DNA of 64,000 bases. It comes from Eledone cirrhosa. Its lineage: Eukaryota. The DNA lies in assembly GCA_964016885.1 (NCBI GenBank), contig OZ024743.1:364436001-364500000 (forward strand), given 5' to 3'. A program made the translations under genes and the position numbers. This document shows positions 50,436 to 64,000 of the stretch, in pieces (within the stretch, counting starts at the first letter, position 1; each line of letters starts with the position of its first letter). Below the pieces are notes generated by a model. It was not told the DNA's origin, made no database searches, and saw only the letters and a list, made by a program, of their open reading frames with translations.

Positions 50436-53400
50436 ACAATATTTTTTAATATGTAATATCTGCATGAAAGGTTTGAAATATCAAGTTAGTTTTATATTTG
50501 TTAATTCCTTTTCAATATGTAATACATATTTACAAAAAAAAACAAAAAAACTGCAGTAGCTTAGTTGGGGGTGGGGGTAGAAGTCTGCCCGAGGTGTCAC
50601 TGAGCAGCATGTATTTTAGGAGTGGTCAAAGACAAGGGTTGCCTTGGGCAGCACACACTCTATCAATGCTACTGACAGAATCTTCATTCGCAATATTTTG
50701 AAGCATCAATTTTTAGAAAAATAATCTAAAAAACAGGTAAAAAGGTATTTGTAAACATCAATTAATTTAATTAACTTTTATTAAGGTTATATTATGTATA
50801 ACATTAAAAATTGACATTTGATAATGTTTCTTAAATTAAAGCCAAAACTTAGTGATACATGTTAATGTTAAAAGTATGGATGACCAAAAATATTTCTAAG
50901 CTATGCTATTATATGGAGCATTTCCCATTGGGTTTCATTCAGCTTACTAAATATAAAAAAAAAAATCAGAAAAAAAGTCACTGGAAAACTTCAATAAATT
51001 AGTGAGTTAATGTTTTTTTGTTTCATTGTTTTTATTTATTATATTGAATAATTATTGTAATGCCATAATGTAAATTGTGTTACCATAGAGTACAAATCAG
51101 TTCAGTTAACTAAGCAACTTAAAATATTTGATTAATTACTGTGGCTATTCTTTTATTGTCTGCATTATCATTTAATGTCCGTTTTCCCTGCTAACAAGGG
51201 TTGGGCATGAATTTTTGGAGGTTTATAAATGAAATGTAATATATTTCATAGCCATAATGGAAAAATGTTTTTGTGACCTCTTTCCCCGTATTCACCTACA
51301 GACAAATCTCATTCCAATTTTACCTTATTGCATAAAAAAAAAAAAATAAATAAAATTAAAAAAAATGGTTGAATAGTCTGACAAATGATTTTACAAAATA
51401 GGTTTGTACACCTATCTATGAAGTTACTTTCTTAAATTAATAACAAAAAAAAAAAAAAAAGTGTTAGTTTTCTTTGACTAAATTTGTCTTTTAAACCCTT
51501 TTATCTTTAATTTCTTATGTAAAAGAGCACATTGCTTGGAAGGTGTTATATTTTCAGAATTTTGTATCATTTGAGCATATGACTATATAACTGGATGACT
51601 TTCTAAAATATATTATCAGTCTGCTCAGTTAGAGCTGACCAGTATGAGCGGCCAGTTACAACCAGTTTGAACAAAAAGAGGTGAGAGAATTCTGGCTGGA
51701 TACGGCTGGCTTAAATGCTAAAAGGTTAAAGAAAAAAAATGTTACTTAATCAAAGAAGGAAGGGCCATGTTCACAACCTTTCATACAAGGTAGCTGAAGC
51801 TGGTGGAAAAAAATGGCGAAAGAACTCCATTTTCAGATAAGAAACATAGCTTGAATGCTTATCAGAAAGGACTGTTAAAAAACACTCAAGTAGCAGGTGG
51901 TAGAGCAAAACTGGATAAGTTAACACTAACTCACAAGAACAGGTACAATACCTCCAACAGGCTTCTATACAATTTCCATCTACTCAATTTCACTCAAAAT
52001 GCTATGATGTGATAGAAAACATTTGTCAATGTGTCTATCATATCCATACACGATTGTAAAGTGACAGACATAATTAAACATGTTGGACAGTTAAGCAATA
52101 TTTTCATGGTGTTGAAATATTAGGGTTAACTCCTGTAAATATCAGCTCACCCATAAATTATATTTGACGGAAATCTCATTACATACCAGATAAGGCACAA
52201 GGCCAGCAAATTTGGGAGAAGAGCAAAGTTTATTAAACAAACTCCAGTACTTGACTGACACTTTATTTTATCAACCCTGGGAAGGATGAAAGCCAAAGTT
52301 GACCTCAGTCGATTGAATTAAGAATGTAAAGAACCAAAATAAATACCACAGTGGCATTTTATTTGACACTCTACCAATTCATCTTTCACAAATCACCTGT
52401 TAGCATTAGGAACCTGCACCTTGTACATTTAAACAGTGTTTCTTTTTTAAAATACATTTCTTCCTCGCTTCTAGCAAAAATAGATGAAATGGATAAAAAT
52501 GATATAGGTAAAAACATGTTCCCTGTTGTAAATACTGACTGTGTTTAAGTTGTTTATCGCAATCTCATGGGTCTAAAACTTAGACATTTTGTTTTTGCTT
52601 TCTGCACACCAAGTTCAAATGCTACCGAGGTCAATTTTATCTTTCAAACTTTTAAGGTTGATAAAATATTCTGGTATGGCAGAATTAGTAAAACATGAAA
52701 AAGGATGCCTGTTCTGGCTCCGTCTATTCAGAGTTCAAATCCAGCCTCCTGGCACCAGAAACAGTAACATAATATGACTAAGAGGAACAGGGAGCTCTAC
52801 ATTAAAACATCCAAGATGCAACATCCTATGAGTTTGGCTAAACTTGCACATTTGTGAGCCCTAAACTTTCCATCAATATTACGTGTTTTTGCATAGTTTG
52901 GCACAGGTTGGATGAAAGGTGGAGTTTCCTCTATGTTTCGTGGGGCATTACTTCATAGGAAAGTAAACCACACATTATCAACAAACTTTAGAACCAATGA
53001 TACCTAAACTGATAATTGAATAGTGAAAAATATTCACTAACATATGCAGAGTGGTAGGCAAGAAAAAAGGAAAATTCAATGAACAACAACAATAAAATCA
53101 ACATATTTATTAACTATTACTCTCAGAAAAGTCTTCAATTGGTCAATTGTTCTTGTTACAATGTTCATATAAACTTTAAAATGACCTGAAAAAACTTATC
53201 TGCTGTGAGGGAATTAATTCAATTCTGCTGTCACATTCTTCAAAATGTCAACAATTGTGTCAAATCAGCGACCTTTTTACTCTATTTTTTTTTTGTTATA
53301 CCAGTTATACCCTTAGCGAATGTATTGTTTTATTTATTTATTTTTTTTTGTAAAACAAAATTAACATAAAATTTCATACCAACAACACTCCATTTTGGGA

Positions 53401-54526
53401 TTGGAGTTTATGAAATAATTATAGAATGAATAAAGCACACATCTTTTATAAATACAATATATTACTATCAATTAATAGGCATTTAAGGGGCACAATTACT
53501 GTGGGATTAAGGTGCTGGACTATTGACTATATGGCCATAAGTTCAAACCTTGCTTCAGTCATTGTATTGTGCCCCAAGGCAAAGCACAGAACAGTGCTTA
53601 CCTTAGACTGCCTGGCTGACAACAAGTTCCTCTCCTACTTCACAGATAAGTGGTTAGCAAAAACAGTTGCTGTAATAATGGAAAAAAAAAAAAACAAAAA
53701 AAAAAAACAAACAAACAAACAAACAACATCCCAGACATGCTAGCATGGAATTAACAGGCTAAAAAAGACAAAAAAACAAAAAACAAACAAAACAATTAAA
53801 AGTACTATTAACTAATTTGGTCAAAGTTAATGAAAAAGTACTAACACTGTCAATGCGTAATAGTAGTGGTAGTGCTGCATAACGATTCTTAAAAGTGGTT
53901 CTAGTTTAAGAACCACAAATACCTTGCAGCCACATGAGTTAGAGGGGGAGAGGAATGTGCAATATGTATATATAGCAATATGTGTATATAACACTGCTAT
54001 GAGAAACAGTGTTGCAGTGACACACACACACATCACCATCACCACTGTTTTACGTCCTTTTTCCATGCTGGCATGAGTTGGACGGGTTATCACGGTCTGA
54101 GATTTGAGAGGTCAAATTACCACATCTAACATAAGTTTCATGGTTTCTATGGCTGGATGCCTTCCCTAAAGCCAACCATTATATATATATATATATATAT
54201 ATTTATTTATTTTCTTTTTGTTGGTAAACATTTATACATAGCAGAACAGTTTGTGTAAGTAGAATTATCCATATTTGAATTTTGCTGACCCTGAAATCAA
54301 ATATGACATACATGTACATTTTTATGTGGTATTTAGGCAATTATAAAATACAAATTGACCAGTATCACACACACAGACATACACACACACACAATTAATT
54401 AGAAAATCTAATTGTGTAGATATAATCACATATCATATAATGTCCATTTTTCCATGCCAGCAAGGGTTGAATTAGTCATCACAGATCAAGTCAACGTTTT
54501 ATGGAAGCTACTGTCTTCCTAGACAA

Positions 54527-54563
<37 letters not shown>

Positions 54564-54719
54564 GGAGAGAGAGAGAGTGTGTGAGTGTGTATGTGTGTGT
54601 GTGTGTATGTTTATGCATACATGCAGGTCATATACAAGAGGCAAGGTATTAATTAAAACTGAACCAAAATGATAATTGTGATATAGGAATATATAAGGAA
54701 AAAGTCATGATACAGGCAA

Positions 54720-56170
54720 TTGTTTCATGCACGTTTTATTTTTCATCAATTTATTGGTTGGGTGGCGATATGCCAAACCCGTTTTTTTTTACTAGTCATT
54801 TTGAGGACACTTTATCTGCCAGTTTCTTTAGACTAGCATTTACTACATTAACTGCACTTCTGCCGATGCTTCAGATATTGGAAAATTGTGATCTAAATAA
54901 AAAGTATTTCATTCATAAACTCATATTTATACGAGATTCTTTTGATTAATGAGCAGAGCAAAGAACAGAACTTATCTGTGTGAAGTAAAAATAATACTCT
55001 AAATCAATAACTGAATCAGATATTATCACAGATTACGAAAAATAATTTTCTAGTTCTTCATATAGTTTGCCCAATGTTAATTAATGTTATAATTTGGATT
55101 ATATTTTAATATTGAAATAGTTATAAACATTTTATGAAGAATACAGACAGAATATCGGGGTGGAAATAACAAAAACTCAAATGACCAAACTCCACTTTTA
55201 ATTATACACAAGTTCAAATTATAATAATGTTTTTCCTACACTTCAGCACTTAAAAAAAAAAAAAAGATTTTTCCTTACAATATTCCAATATATGAAGAGA
55301 ATTATAGAACAATGTTCCATGCAGATTAATCTTAGATTAATACTATATTGTTTTAAAAGAAACTTATCTTTTACTAAATTTTATTTGGAATACATCATGT
55401 GGGTGGTAAAAAGAAAACAGAAAAATGAATCTTGCCAGCATTTATTAATCATTAAAATGTTTAAAAAAAAAAAAAAAAAAAAAAATCTATTAAGTGTATG
55501 TACATAAATAAATTAAATTTAATAAATTAAAACATGACAGACTATTTTTATTAAAAGAATTATAGAAGATTCCTGGATCACAACCTTATGTGTTGTGTCG
55601 ATAATTTTTCCAAGCTGCTTCTTGAAGAGAGGAGTGATTAAGGGACGAAAAACCAATCTTTCTGTTATGAAGTAATTGTCAGCAAGAAAGACAGTCATTC
55701 AGAAATAAACCAAGTGTAGGTCTACATAGTAGACAGTACACAGTGACAGCAAGTACAAAATACCACCAACAAACACTTGATCCTTGTGCAGCATTAGAAG
55801 GCTGTTTACCGAAAGAAAAAAAAAAAGAAATTGCTTCGATTTGTATAAAATGGCAAATTGATAGATGTTAGGAAAATCTTTAAAATTGACTCTTGGTGAA
55901 AAAAAGATTTTCATATGGTTTTTATTAATATTCTCAGTAACTAATTCAAAACGATAAACCACATAATGTGCTCAAAAGAACCAAGAAAATTTTTTAAAAT
56001 CAATTTTAGATCAACTACATTGTTAAAGTATATTTATATAAACAATTTCTTTTTTTAAACTGCATATCCTAATATTAAAATCCAAAAATTAAGTTGTGAA
56101 AAAATTTCAATTACTCTCTAAACTCAAGTGATGTTTTAGAAGTGTGTGTTTAGAAGTGTGTATGTGTGTG

Positions 56171-56211
<41 letters not shown>

Positions 56212-57106
56212 CTAAATTTAAGACATATAATTTATAATAGTTTCTATTGCAAAATTTTAGATTGATTCATAAACATAAATGTTAAAAAACAATGATAGTT
56301 TTGGAAAAGAAAATATAATAATTTTCTATTTTCAGAAGACTTCCAAACAAAATATGACAATAATAATAAACAATCAGATGTCATAGGAAGTACTTGAAGA
56401 ACTGTAAAACATTACTTTGAGGATTTTCCCTAAATGAAATATTAACAGTGTAAAATTGGCATTCTTCCAAGGAAGCCACAAAAACAAAAAAAAAAAAAGA
56501 TATAGAGTCTCTAGCTAAAGTAAATAATATTTTTTCGCTTCAATTTACAGAATTTTAAGAACATTTAAAAGGTTAACAAAAAAAAAGAAGAGAATGAAAC
56601 AATGAAATGAAAAAAAGACAAGTTTGTAACAATCTTATAATGGCTTGACTCATAAATTACATACATATACTGTATAGTTTAGTTGATAGAATGAACAAAG
56701 AAGGGAGCAACTGAAATAATCAGAGAGAAAGAGTGGGGAGTTGATCCGATGTTAGACATTAACATGCCTTACTTGTCTTCTCTGTTGAAACAGGGGTGGG
56801 GTGGGGCTTAATACTAACAACCAAAGTACATTTCCCAGAGCCATGAGCAGACATCAGAAATACAGCCTTCCTTCATTTAGAGTGGACATTAGTTGCAAAA
56901 AGTGATTTTATGCCAAAACTGGTTTGACATGTGTTTTTTGTTTTGTTTTTTTAAATAGCATATGTCTATACAGAATTAATGTGGGATGTTTTTTGCCAGA
57001 GGTTCCAGTTTTGTACAACATTAACAAAAGTTATATAACTATCCTTCACGCTGGCCAGATTAAAAAAAGTTAGTGGATTAGGCCAAGTAGGCACACCGCA
57101 GGAGTC
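54720..57106 (-). other. Probable 3' UTR of the DNAJB12/14-like gene (end uncertain)
   Basis: Largely TE-free AT-rich sequence after the stop codon, with several AATAAA on the minus strand (about 55920, 55545, 55441, 54735). The true poly(A) site cannot be determined from sequence. Confidence 0.4.
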
Positions 57107-57219
57107 TCAGGCTCCATACAAAGTGTTTAGACGATTACACGAAGGAACTTCCATATTCATAGCTTTGTTATATAATTTTGTATCACCATAATTCTTTGCT
57201 CGCCAAATCAAAGTTTCTT
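57107..57219 (-). CDS. DNAJB12: DNAJB12/14-like terminal coding exon
   Basis: (K)ETLIWRAKNYGDTKLYNKAMNMEVPSCNRLNTLYGA*. Acceptor ttgcAG; TGA at 57109-57107. Matches the family C-terminus (LL.RA.Y.GD....A..M..PSC..L). Confidence 0.93.
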
Positions 57220-57269
57220 CTGCAAGAAAACAGAAAATTAGAGGATTTTAGTATGCTTGATGACTCGAG

Positions 57270-57300
<31 letters not shown>

Positions 57301-57579
57301 AAAAAAAAAGGTATATGTAAAATCAATCTCCAAACGATTTTGTTGTTTCAGCACCCAACAGCTGCTTCAATCTTTTGTAGGTTTAAGTATGGCTGTATGG
57401 CTAGATGTTCACTTTGCAACCCTATGACCTTGAGTTTTATCCCACTATGTGGCACCTTTGGTAAGTGTTTGCAACGATAACCTTAGGCTAACCAATGCCT
57501 TGTGAATTAATTTGGTGGGTGGAAACTGTAAGGATATCTCTCTCTCTCTCTCGTGCGCGTGCATGCATATATATATGTG

Positions 57580-58030
57580 AAGGCGTGTGGCTTAGTGGTT
57601 AGAGCATTGGGCTTGCAATCGAAAGGTTGTGAGTTCAATTCTTAGACCGGGTGATGTGTTGTTTCCTTGAGCAAGACACTTTATTTCACATTGCTCCAGT
57701 TTACTCAGCTGTAGAAATGAGATTCCACTGCAAAGTGGTCGTGGAGGTGCCACGGCAAAAAAAAAAGCACCCAGCACTCACTGTAAATGAGGTTGGTGTT
57801 AGGAAGGGCATCCAGCTGTAGAAATCAAGCCAAAATCAGTTCCCGTCCCACCCTTGCAAGCAGGGAGAAGCGGACGTAAAATGAAATGATTGCTCCAGTT
57901 TACTCAGCTGTAGAAATGAGATGATAGGACGAGGGTCCCTATCATTCAACTGCAAAGTGGTCGTGGAGGTGCCATGGCAAAACAGCACCCAGCCCACACT
58001 GTAAAATGGATGTGGAGGTGCCATGAAAAA
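57580..58030 (+). mobile_element. tRNA-derived CORE-like SINE with partial duplication (intronic)
   Basis: tggcttagtgg A-box, gagttcaattc B-box, ccttgagcaagacactt CORE-like segment, RTE-type tail. Confidence 0.75.
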
Positions 58031-58034
58031 AAAG

Positions 58035-58480
58035 CTTGAAAGGTTTGAAGACAAGCACTTTCCTCTTTGGCGAAGCCCTGATTAACTTCAGGTTCCACTT
58101 GAGGAAAATCAGGGTCGAGAGAGTAGTGCTGCCCTCAAAGCAAATTGTTGAAAGGTGGGTGAGAGAAGCGAGCATGGCCCGAGTGTATGGGCCCTGCTCT
58201 GAGTCTGTGCCTGTAGATTGGAGGAGTACAATTGGGACAGGGCACTTATTTTAAAGATCAGGGCCTCCATGGTTTTATGGGTTTTCTTTCCACGAATGAC
58301 CATCGAATGTCTCCTCCCTATTGAGGAATCTTCTTTGTTTTAATTTTATTGTTATCTTTTTTTTTAAGTGTTAAAATTTTTTTACACGCAAAACCCACAC
58401 ACACTATGTTTTTGTCCTGTACTGTCATAATGTTTTTCTTGATGTAAACCCTTTGTGGTTAATAAAGAAATTATTATTAA
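58035..58480 (+). mobile_element. Possible L1/Tx1-type LINE 3' end
   Basis: FRFHLRKIRVER...L....ERW, then T-rich UTR, aataaa and a (tta)n tail. Assignment tentative. Confidence 0.45.
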
Positions 58481-58592
58481 TATCACCACTAATTTTCGAG
58501 GTTAGTTATTCATGGTATGGCCCACCACTATACATTGAAACATATGTAGAATTAAAATTATGTTTTAAGTATAACTTGGTTATTCCCTCTCC

Positions 58593-58633
<41 letters not shown>

Positions 58634-59361
58634 AGGTAAACAACCCACAGTGACGCCTAGCAGTGCTGTTTTGGCTTGTATTCGGTAAGCCTTTATATTA
58701 TCATCATCAATTAACATCCATTTTCTATGCTAGCATGGGTAGGACATGTATGTATATATTTACATACGCACACACTGTCATATGTGTGCATTGGTCTTCT
58801 CTTCACATTCAACAGACATCCAGCTAGCCAACTGTTAGACATATGAAGATCCATGCCTTATTTACAAAAAAAAAAAACAAATGAAGGTTGGTCACAGGAA
58901 GGCATCTGTACATAAAATTCTGCCTTGAAAAGTTTCATCTAATCTATGCCAGAATGCAAAAACAGACATAAGCAGCTCACATCTGCTTAGGTTTAACAGG
59001 TTTTTACGAGGTTCCACAGGTGTTTTAATAGGAGGGTAGGGGGTGAGATTTGAACTCCGAATGCATAAAGCGAGAACAGATACCACAAATCATCCTATCC
59101 GATGCTTTGACAATTTTGCCAACCCACTGCCTTCGATTGGTACTTTATATTACTTATACTGAAAGGTTAAAAGGCAAAGTTAACTGTGGCAGGATTTGAA
59201 CACAATGCAAAAAGCAGGAATAAAAACTGCAAATTATTTTGTCTGATATTCTAATACTTCAAACAATTCACTGCTTTAAACCAATGATGATGATAAGGAA
59301 TTGGGTTTCATCTAGCTTTGGAAGAAAGCATCTTAGATAATTAAAAATAAAAAAGTGAATA

Positions 59362-59559
59362 TTAACCCTATTGTTATATTTCTAATGAAAAATATTGTCC
59401 ATAGTTTTCAAACCATTTTCAAAATAATCAACAATTATTAAGCTGGTGTTTGAAACAACAAAATTTCTTACATAAAATTATGATGGAAGGTTTTTTTTTT
59501 GATAAATATAAACACTTTAAAGTAAACGGTTTCAGGCAGTTTGGTATCAAAAGGGTTAA
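59362..59559. mobile_element. Second TTAA-flanked MITE family
   Basis: ttaaCCC...GGGttaa ends; related copies at about 48481-48740, 5780-6070 and 12300-12460. Confidence 0.6.
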
Positions 59560-59634
59560 AGACAAAGTTAAAAAAAAATCTATAGATAGAAAACCAAAAC
59601 AATTCATATATATAGTGGGACTGACAAAACTTAC

Positions 59635-59798
59635 TGTAACTTCTTTCTTTGAAACAACTGGTACGTAGATTTGAAACATATTCATCCTCTACTTGTCTCT
59701 CTATTCTTCGTAAATCATAATTGGATTCGATATGGAAATCGTCTTTCACAAAATATGGTACTTTAAGTTGATTTGTTCTCTTTTCATTTGAATATTTC
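59635..59798 (-). CDS. DNAJB12: DNAJB12/14-like exon, DUF1977 luminal domain
   Basis: KYSNEKRTNQLKVPYFVKDDFHIESNYDLRRIERQVEDEYVSNLRTSCFKERSY, matching the ER.VEDDY..NLR..C motif. Acceptor ttttcAG at 59800-59799, donor GTaagt at 59634. 164 nt, phases compatible on both sides. Confidence 0.93.
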
Positions 59799-60539
59799 CT
59801 GAAAATATAAAATACAATCAAGATTTCCACTACACTTTACTGCAGATGTACAACAAAATAATTTTCATTAAATATATACTGTGTGTATCCCAGTTTTTAG
59901 AATAGATACACCATATCCTGTGTGTTGTGAGATGCAAATAAAAGTGTTGGTGTCAGGAAGGGCATCAGGCTGTAAAATATTGTTTGAAACCATCCTGTCC
60001 AAGACCAAGGATGTAGATGCAGGCATAGCTGAATAAAGAAGTTTGTTTTGCAACCACATGGTCTCAGGTTTGACCCAAATGCATACCACTTTGAGCAAAT
60101 CTCTACAATAATCTTAGGCTGATCAATGCCTCATAAGTGAAATTTTGTAGATGAAAAATGTGGTGAAGTCCACTGTGTACTCAAAATCAAGGGGATAACC
60201 ATCGCGTGTGCGTGCGTGCTTTTCCAAATGTATTGTCGCATTGACAATGCTGAAACAACCAATATCGCCTGTTTATGTTGTACATAAACACTTTGGCAGA
60301 GCTGTTCTGCTAGAGAACGAGGTGCATGTGGTCGATAGCAATATGGTCACCAGATATGCTGGTTAAGTTGTGATATAAGCAGGCACTTGCTGGAAAAATA
60401 AGCAACTCTGGACCAACAGCAGTAAACTACTAGGGGAGATGGAGCAATGTGTGACACCTTTAGCTCCCTAAAAACTCTCAACCCAATGATGTAGCAATGG
60501 CAAGGGAAGTAAAGGTTGCTTCTAAAAAAGCCTAGTCTT

Positions 60540-62660
60540 TGCAGGTCTGAGAAAGTACCAGATTGGTGACTGGCACGAATAAGACAACCAAAACTGCAAT
60601 ATGGTGAGAGATAACAAAAAGAATCATACCAAATCATCTCTCGTGTGGGTTAACAAGGGATGCATTCAGGCCTTAGGAAGAGGGGCCTTTTGAAAAATAT
60701 ATTGCAGTCTCCATTTCATGCTGTAAAAACTGGTGATGGGCTCGTGACCTGTCCTATGAGGCATGGTATAGATGTACAAAGATTGTGTATCCCGAGACCC
60801 CAAAGAAGGTTCGGATGGGAGCAAAACTTGACAACTGGAACATCACAACCCTAACGGGAAGGAGCAGGAACTAGTGAAGGAGCTAGATGCTACAGGCTAG
60901 AATATAGTCAGGGTTTCCCTCAACAAAGTCCTGTGGATTCGGTACTGTAGATTTAGATGGGGAAGGAAACTCCACTATTCAGGTGTGGTGCCAGAAATGA
61001 CTGCACAGGTGGGAGTGGGGATACACACAAACCCCCCGGCGGATGTGTTTCAGCTTCAGTCGTTAAATTCTGTGGGCAAAAGAGTCTTGGTGTGATGCTG
61101 GATGGACCACTTGGTTCAATCAAGAGGTCAAAGATGCCATCCAAGCAAAGAAGGCCTACAAAGCTTGGCTTGGAAATAAGTCCTTCTTGCACTTGAGGTA
61201 CAAGCAAGCATGAAGAATTACAGTAGAGACAGTAAAGGCATCGAAAATTAAGACATGGGAGGACTTTGAGATTAAGCTGTAATCCGACTTCAGATCCGCA
61301 AATAAAGTGTTCTGGCAGACCATCTGCCAACTTCGTAATAAGCCCTCCTCCATACCTGCTATCAGGAACGCATCTGGGGTTCTTCTCTTTTCAGAGAGGT
61401 GCATTATTGCAAAGTGAAAAGAATACTTTGCTGATCTCTTAAACCTGATCACAACAGCATCTTCTGATGTACACGAGGTGCATCTGAGAGCAGTGACTAA
61501 TCTCTCAGAGGCTGAGGTCTCATAAGCAGTCAAAGGTATTCTCTGGCTGACTCAGGTGCACTGGATCTCTGGAAAGGCACTTCAGCAATGGCAATCAGGA
61601 GTGATAATCCCAATTTTCAAACACGGAGACAAGAGAGATTGCTCCAAATATAGAAGGTTGCCTTGTTAAGCTTCCCCGGTAAAGTCTCTGCTAAGTGTCT
61701 GGCAAAAAGATGTGGGGAGATTGTCGAGTCCAAGCTAGCTGATGAACAGTGTGGTTTTTGCCCAGCAAATATTCACACTGCGACAGGTCTTCAAGAAATC
61801 ATGGGAGTACTGCCAAAAGGTGCCTCTCCTGTTCATTATTTTCATGAACAGGATTGACATGCACAGTCGGGCTGGAAGTAGTGTCATGACTGGCATGTGT
61901 AGGATGAGTTGGCTGGAATTTTCAGACATGGTAAAACTTAACTTGTCAGAGGGTTATCTCCAATATGCACTTGATAGGTTTGATGCCGAGTGCTACACGA
62001 CAGAAATGAAAATCAGTGCTGCGAAGACAGACGCTCTCTCTCTCAAGAAAGCCAGCACAATGCACTGTACATTTGAATGGAGTTCCATGGAAGCAAGTGG
62101 AGAAGTTCAAGTATCTTGGGGCTGGCTGTGTTCACCAATGATGGAAGGCAGGAGGCTGAATCAAGTGCAAGAATTGCAGGAGCTGGTACAGTAATGCGCC
62201 AGCTTCAACATTTGGTAATCAGAAGAGAGATAGGTATAAAAGCCAAACTCGCTATCTCCAATTCAGTATTTGTGCCAACCCTTACCTTTAGTCATGAATC
62301 TTACGGCTGAAATAGGGTTTCTCCGAAAGGTCTTTTGATTAACGTTACTCCATAGAATGTGAAGCTTGGAGATTAGAGAGTGACTCCAAGTAGCTGTTAC
62401 TTCTCAGAATTGAAAGATCACAGCTACGGGCATGTGATTAGAATGTCCCAGGAAAGAATCGCCAGACAGATTTTATAGACAAAACCAACTGACAGGAGAC
62501 CCAGAGCCAGATGGTTGGATAACATCTATGAGCTTGGTCAATCTCGCTTGGAGATCCAGTTGGATCAATTGGAGATGGTTGCTTCTGACAAGACCTGCTG
62601 GAAGGAACATTTGAGGACTCTGCCCTCATGACCCTATCAAGAATAAATGGGCAAAGAAAA
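60540..62660 (+). mobile_element. Long decayed RTE (family B), antisense within the DNAJB intron
   Basis: APE start WNITTLTG.EQELV, FWQTI, IIPIFKHGDKRDCSKYR, EQCGF, FKYLG, FVPTLT..HES; multiple deletions. Confidence 0.85.
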
Positions 62661-63318
62661 GATAAACACAATGTCTTGTAGCTTAGCAGTTCAACTGGTG
62701 AAGCTCAGTGGAATAAATACCATACTTGAAAATAAAGGTTGGTGCCAGAAGCCAGAGGATACTAATCTAACCCATATTAGCATGGAAGAGCAGACGTTAC
62801 AATAGGTTTTGTTCAAAACCTAATAAACCTACATTAGTGCCAAACAGCAGATATACTTTTTAGCCAATATGAATTTATAGAAAATATATATGAAATCCAG
62901 AATATGAGCAAAGTCTGAAAATAAGGTACTTCATTCCATAGAAGAAGAAACAAATTCAATGATAGTTTACAGTTAAAATTTAACATCGATTTTATTGTTC
63001 TTTTATGTCCATTCTCCATGCTCGTATATATTCTGATCCACCTCACTTGGATGTTTCCTTTTTAGCATGATTTCTAGGGATAAATGCCATTCCTATTGCC
63101 AACCACTTTACAAAATGTACTGTAAGGTCTCCGTTTGTTTACCAGCATTAGGGAACTGTCTTATTCCCAGCATAGTAGAAAAAAAGAGTGATAAAAGACA
63201 GTAAGAAGGTTATAGAAACAACATGGCAAAGAAAAGGACAGATTAGCAGTATCCAAATAGGCAATGTAGTAATATAATGGAAACATTTTCTGAATAGTTG
63301 TTGATTAAAGAAACTTAC

Positions 63319-63428
63319 TGTGATCGATGTAAACTGAAAGGAGCATCTGGTACAAGGAAACTTCCCATTAAGGATAAGAATATTAATATCAACACAGGAG
63401 CCAATTGTACAAGTAGGTTGTAGCCACT
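63319..63428 (-). CDS. DNAJB12: DnaJ homolog subfamily B member 12/14-like, internal exon (transmembrane segment)
   Basis: Manual translation SGYNLLVQLAPVLILIFLSLMGSFLVPDAPFSLHRS(Q). Acceptor ttttacAG, donor GTaagt. Resembles the DNAJB12/14 TM segment (VQLMPILILI...PPYSL). 110 nt; the trailing CA joins the G of the next exon. DNAJB12 vs DNAJB14 cannot be resolved; upstream exons lie beyond the window. Confidence 0.9.
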
Positions 63429-64000
63429 CTGTAAAAGATAAAATACAATAAATTTTGTAAATATTTCTTCAGATATATACAGTAAATAATATGAAAAGGT
63501 AAACCTAGCGGGTTTTATTAAACATATTTGTTTACAACATATTCAGTAATTTTTTTCATTAAATTCTTTATTTCTTCCAAAAATGCTGTTTTACCAATAT
63601 TAGTCTGAAAATAAACTAAACTATATAAAACCTAAATCAATAGTTTAGTAAAATATTTTTGTTTTAAATCTGTTATACATTACAAGAAATGCAAATAGAA
63701 AGAAGTAAATTAAAGCTATCAAATAAGTTTTATTGCATAGGGTTGCCAAAATAAACCATTATATAATCATATAATTACACACATGTATATTGTTTTGCTA
63801 ATTTCAGCTATCAAGTAACTTTGATGCATTGGGCTCCCATAATAATACCATGTTAAATGCTTACTTTGTTATATGGTTTAAACGATTAAGTAAATCACCA
63901 AAAACTGAAGTTCAGAATTGCAAACTATATATTTTATCAATTAACTCTTAACATATGTTATGATTTAGTAGAAAATATCTTTAAAATAGGTGCCAATTCA

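Noticed and set aside
59468-59830. 120-aa ORF as a complete gene
   Set aside because: Only 59635-59798 is exonic; the flanks are intron read-through.

Overview
AT-rich, repeat-dense eukaryotic (animal) genomic DNA. The SINE and RTE-LINE repertoire suggests an octopus-like cephalopod; this is an inference, not checked by a search. One host gene is clearly recognisable: the last three coding exons of a DNAJB12/14-type ER co-chaperone on the minus strand (63428-63319, 59798-59635, 57219-57107; GT-AG introns, phases join correctly). The rest is mostly transposon relics: two related Ty3/Gypsy LTR elements (24940-29939, 39370-41739), a decayed hAT-like transposon (38720-43624), an internally deleted mariner with 103-bp TIRs, a non-autonomous Helitron, hAT- and piggyBac-type MITEs, many RTE fragments, CR1 tails and tRNA-derived SINEs, often nested. 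The most notable signals are (i) a 346-bp near-perfect palindrome (36342-36687) carrying a minimal type I hammerhead ribozyme motif in each arm, (ii) a second Penelope-like relic with two hammerhead-like cores at about 18.1-18.45 kb, and (iii) a PHD-type C4HC3 finger embedded in the RT C-terminal region of the local RTE family.
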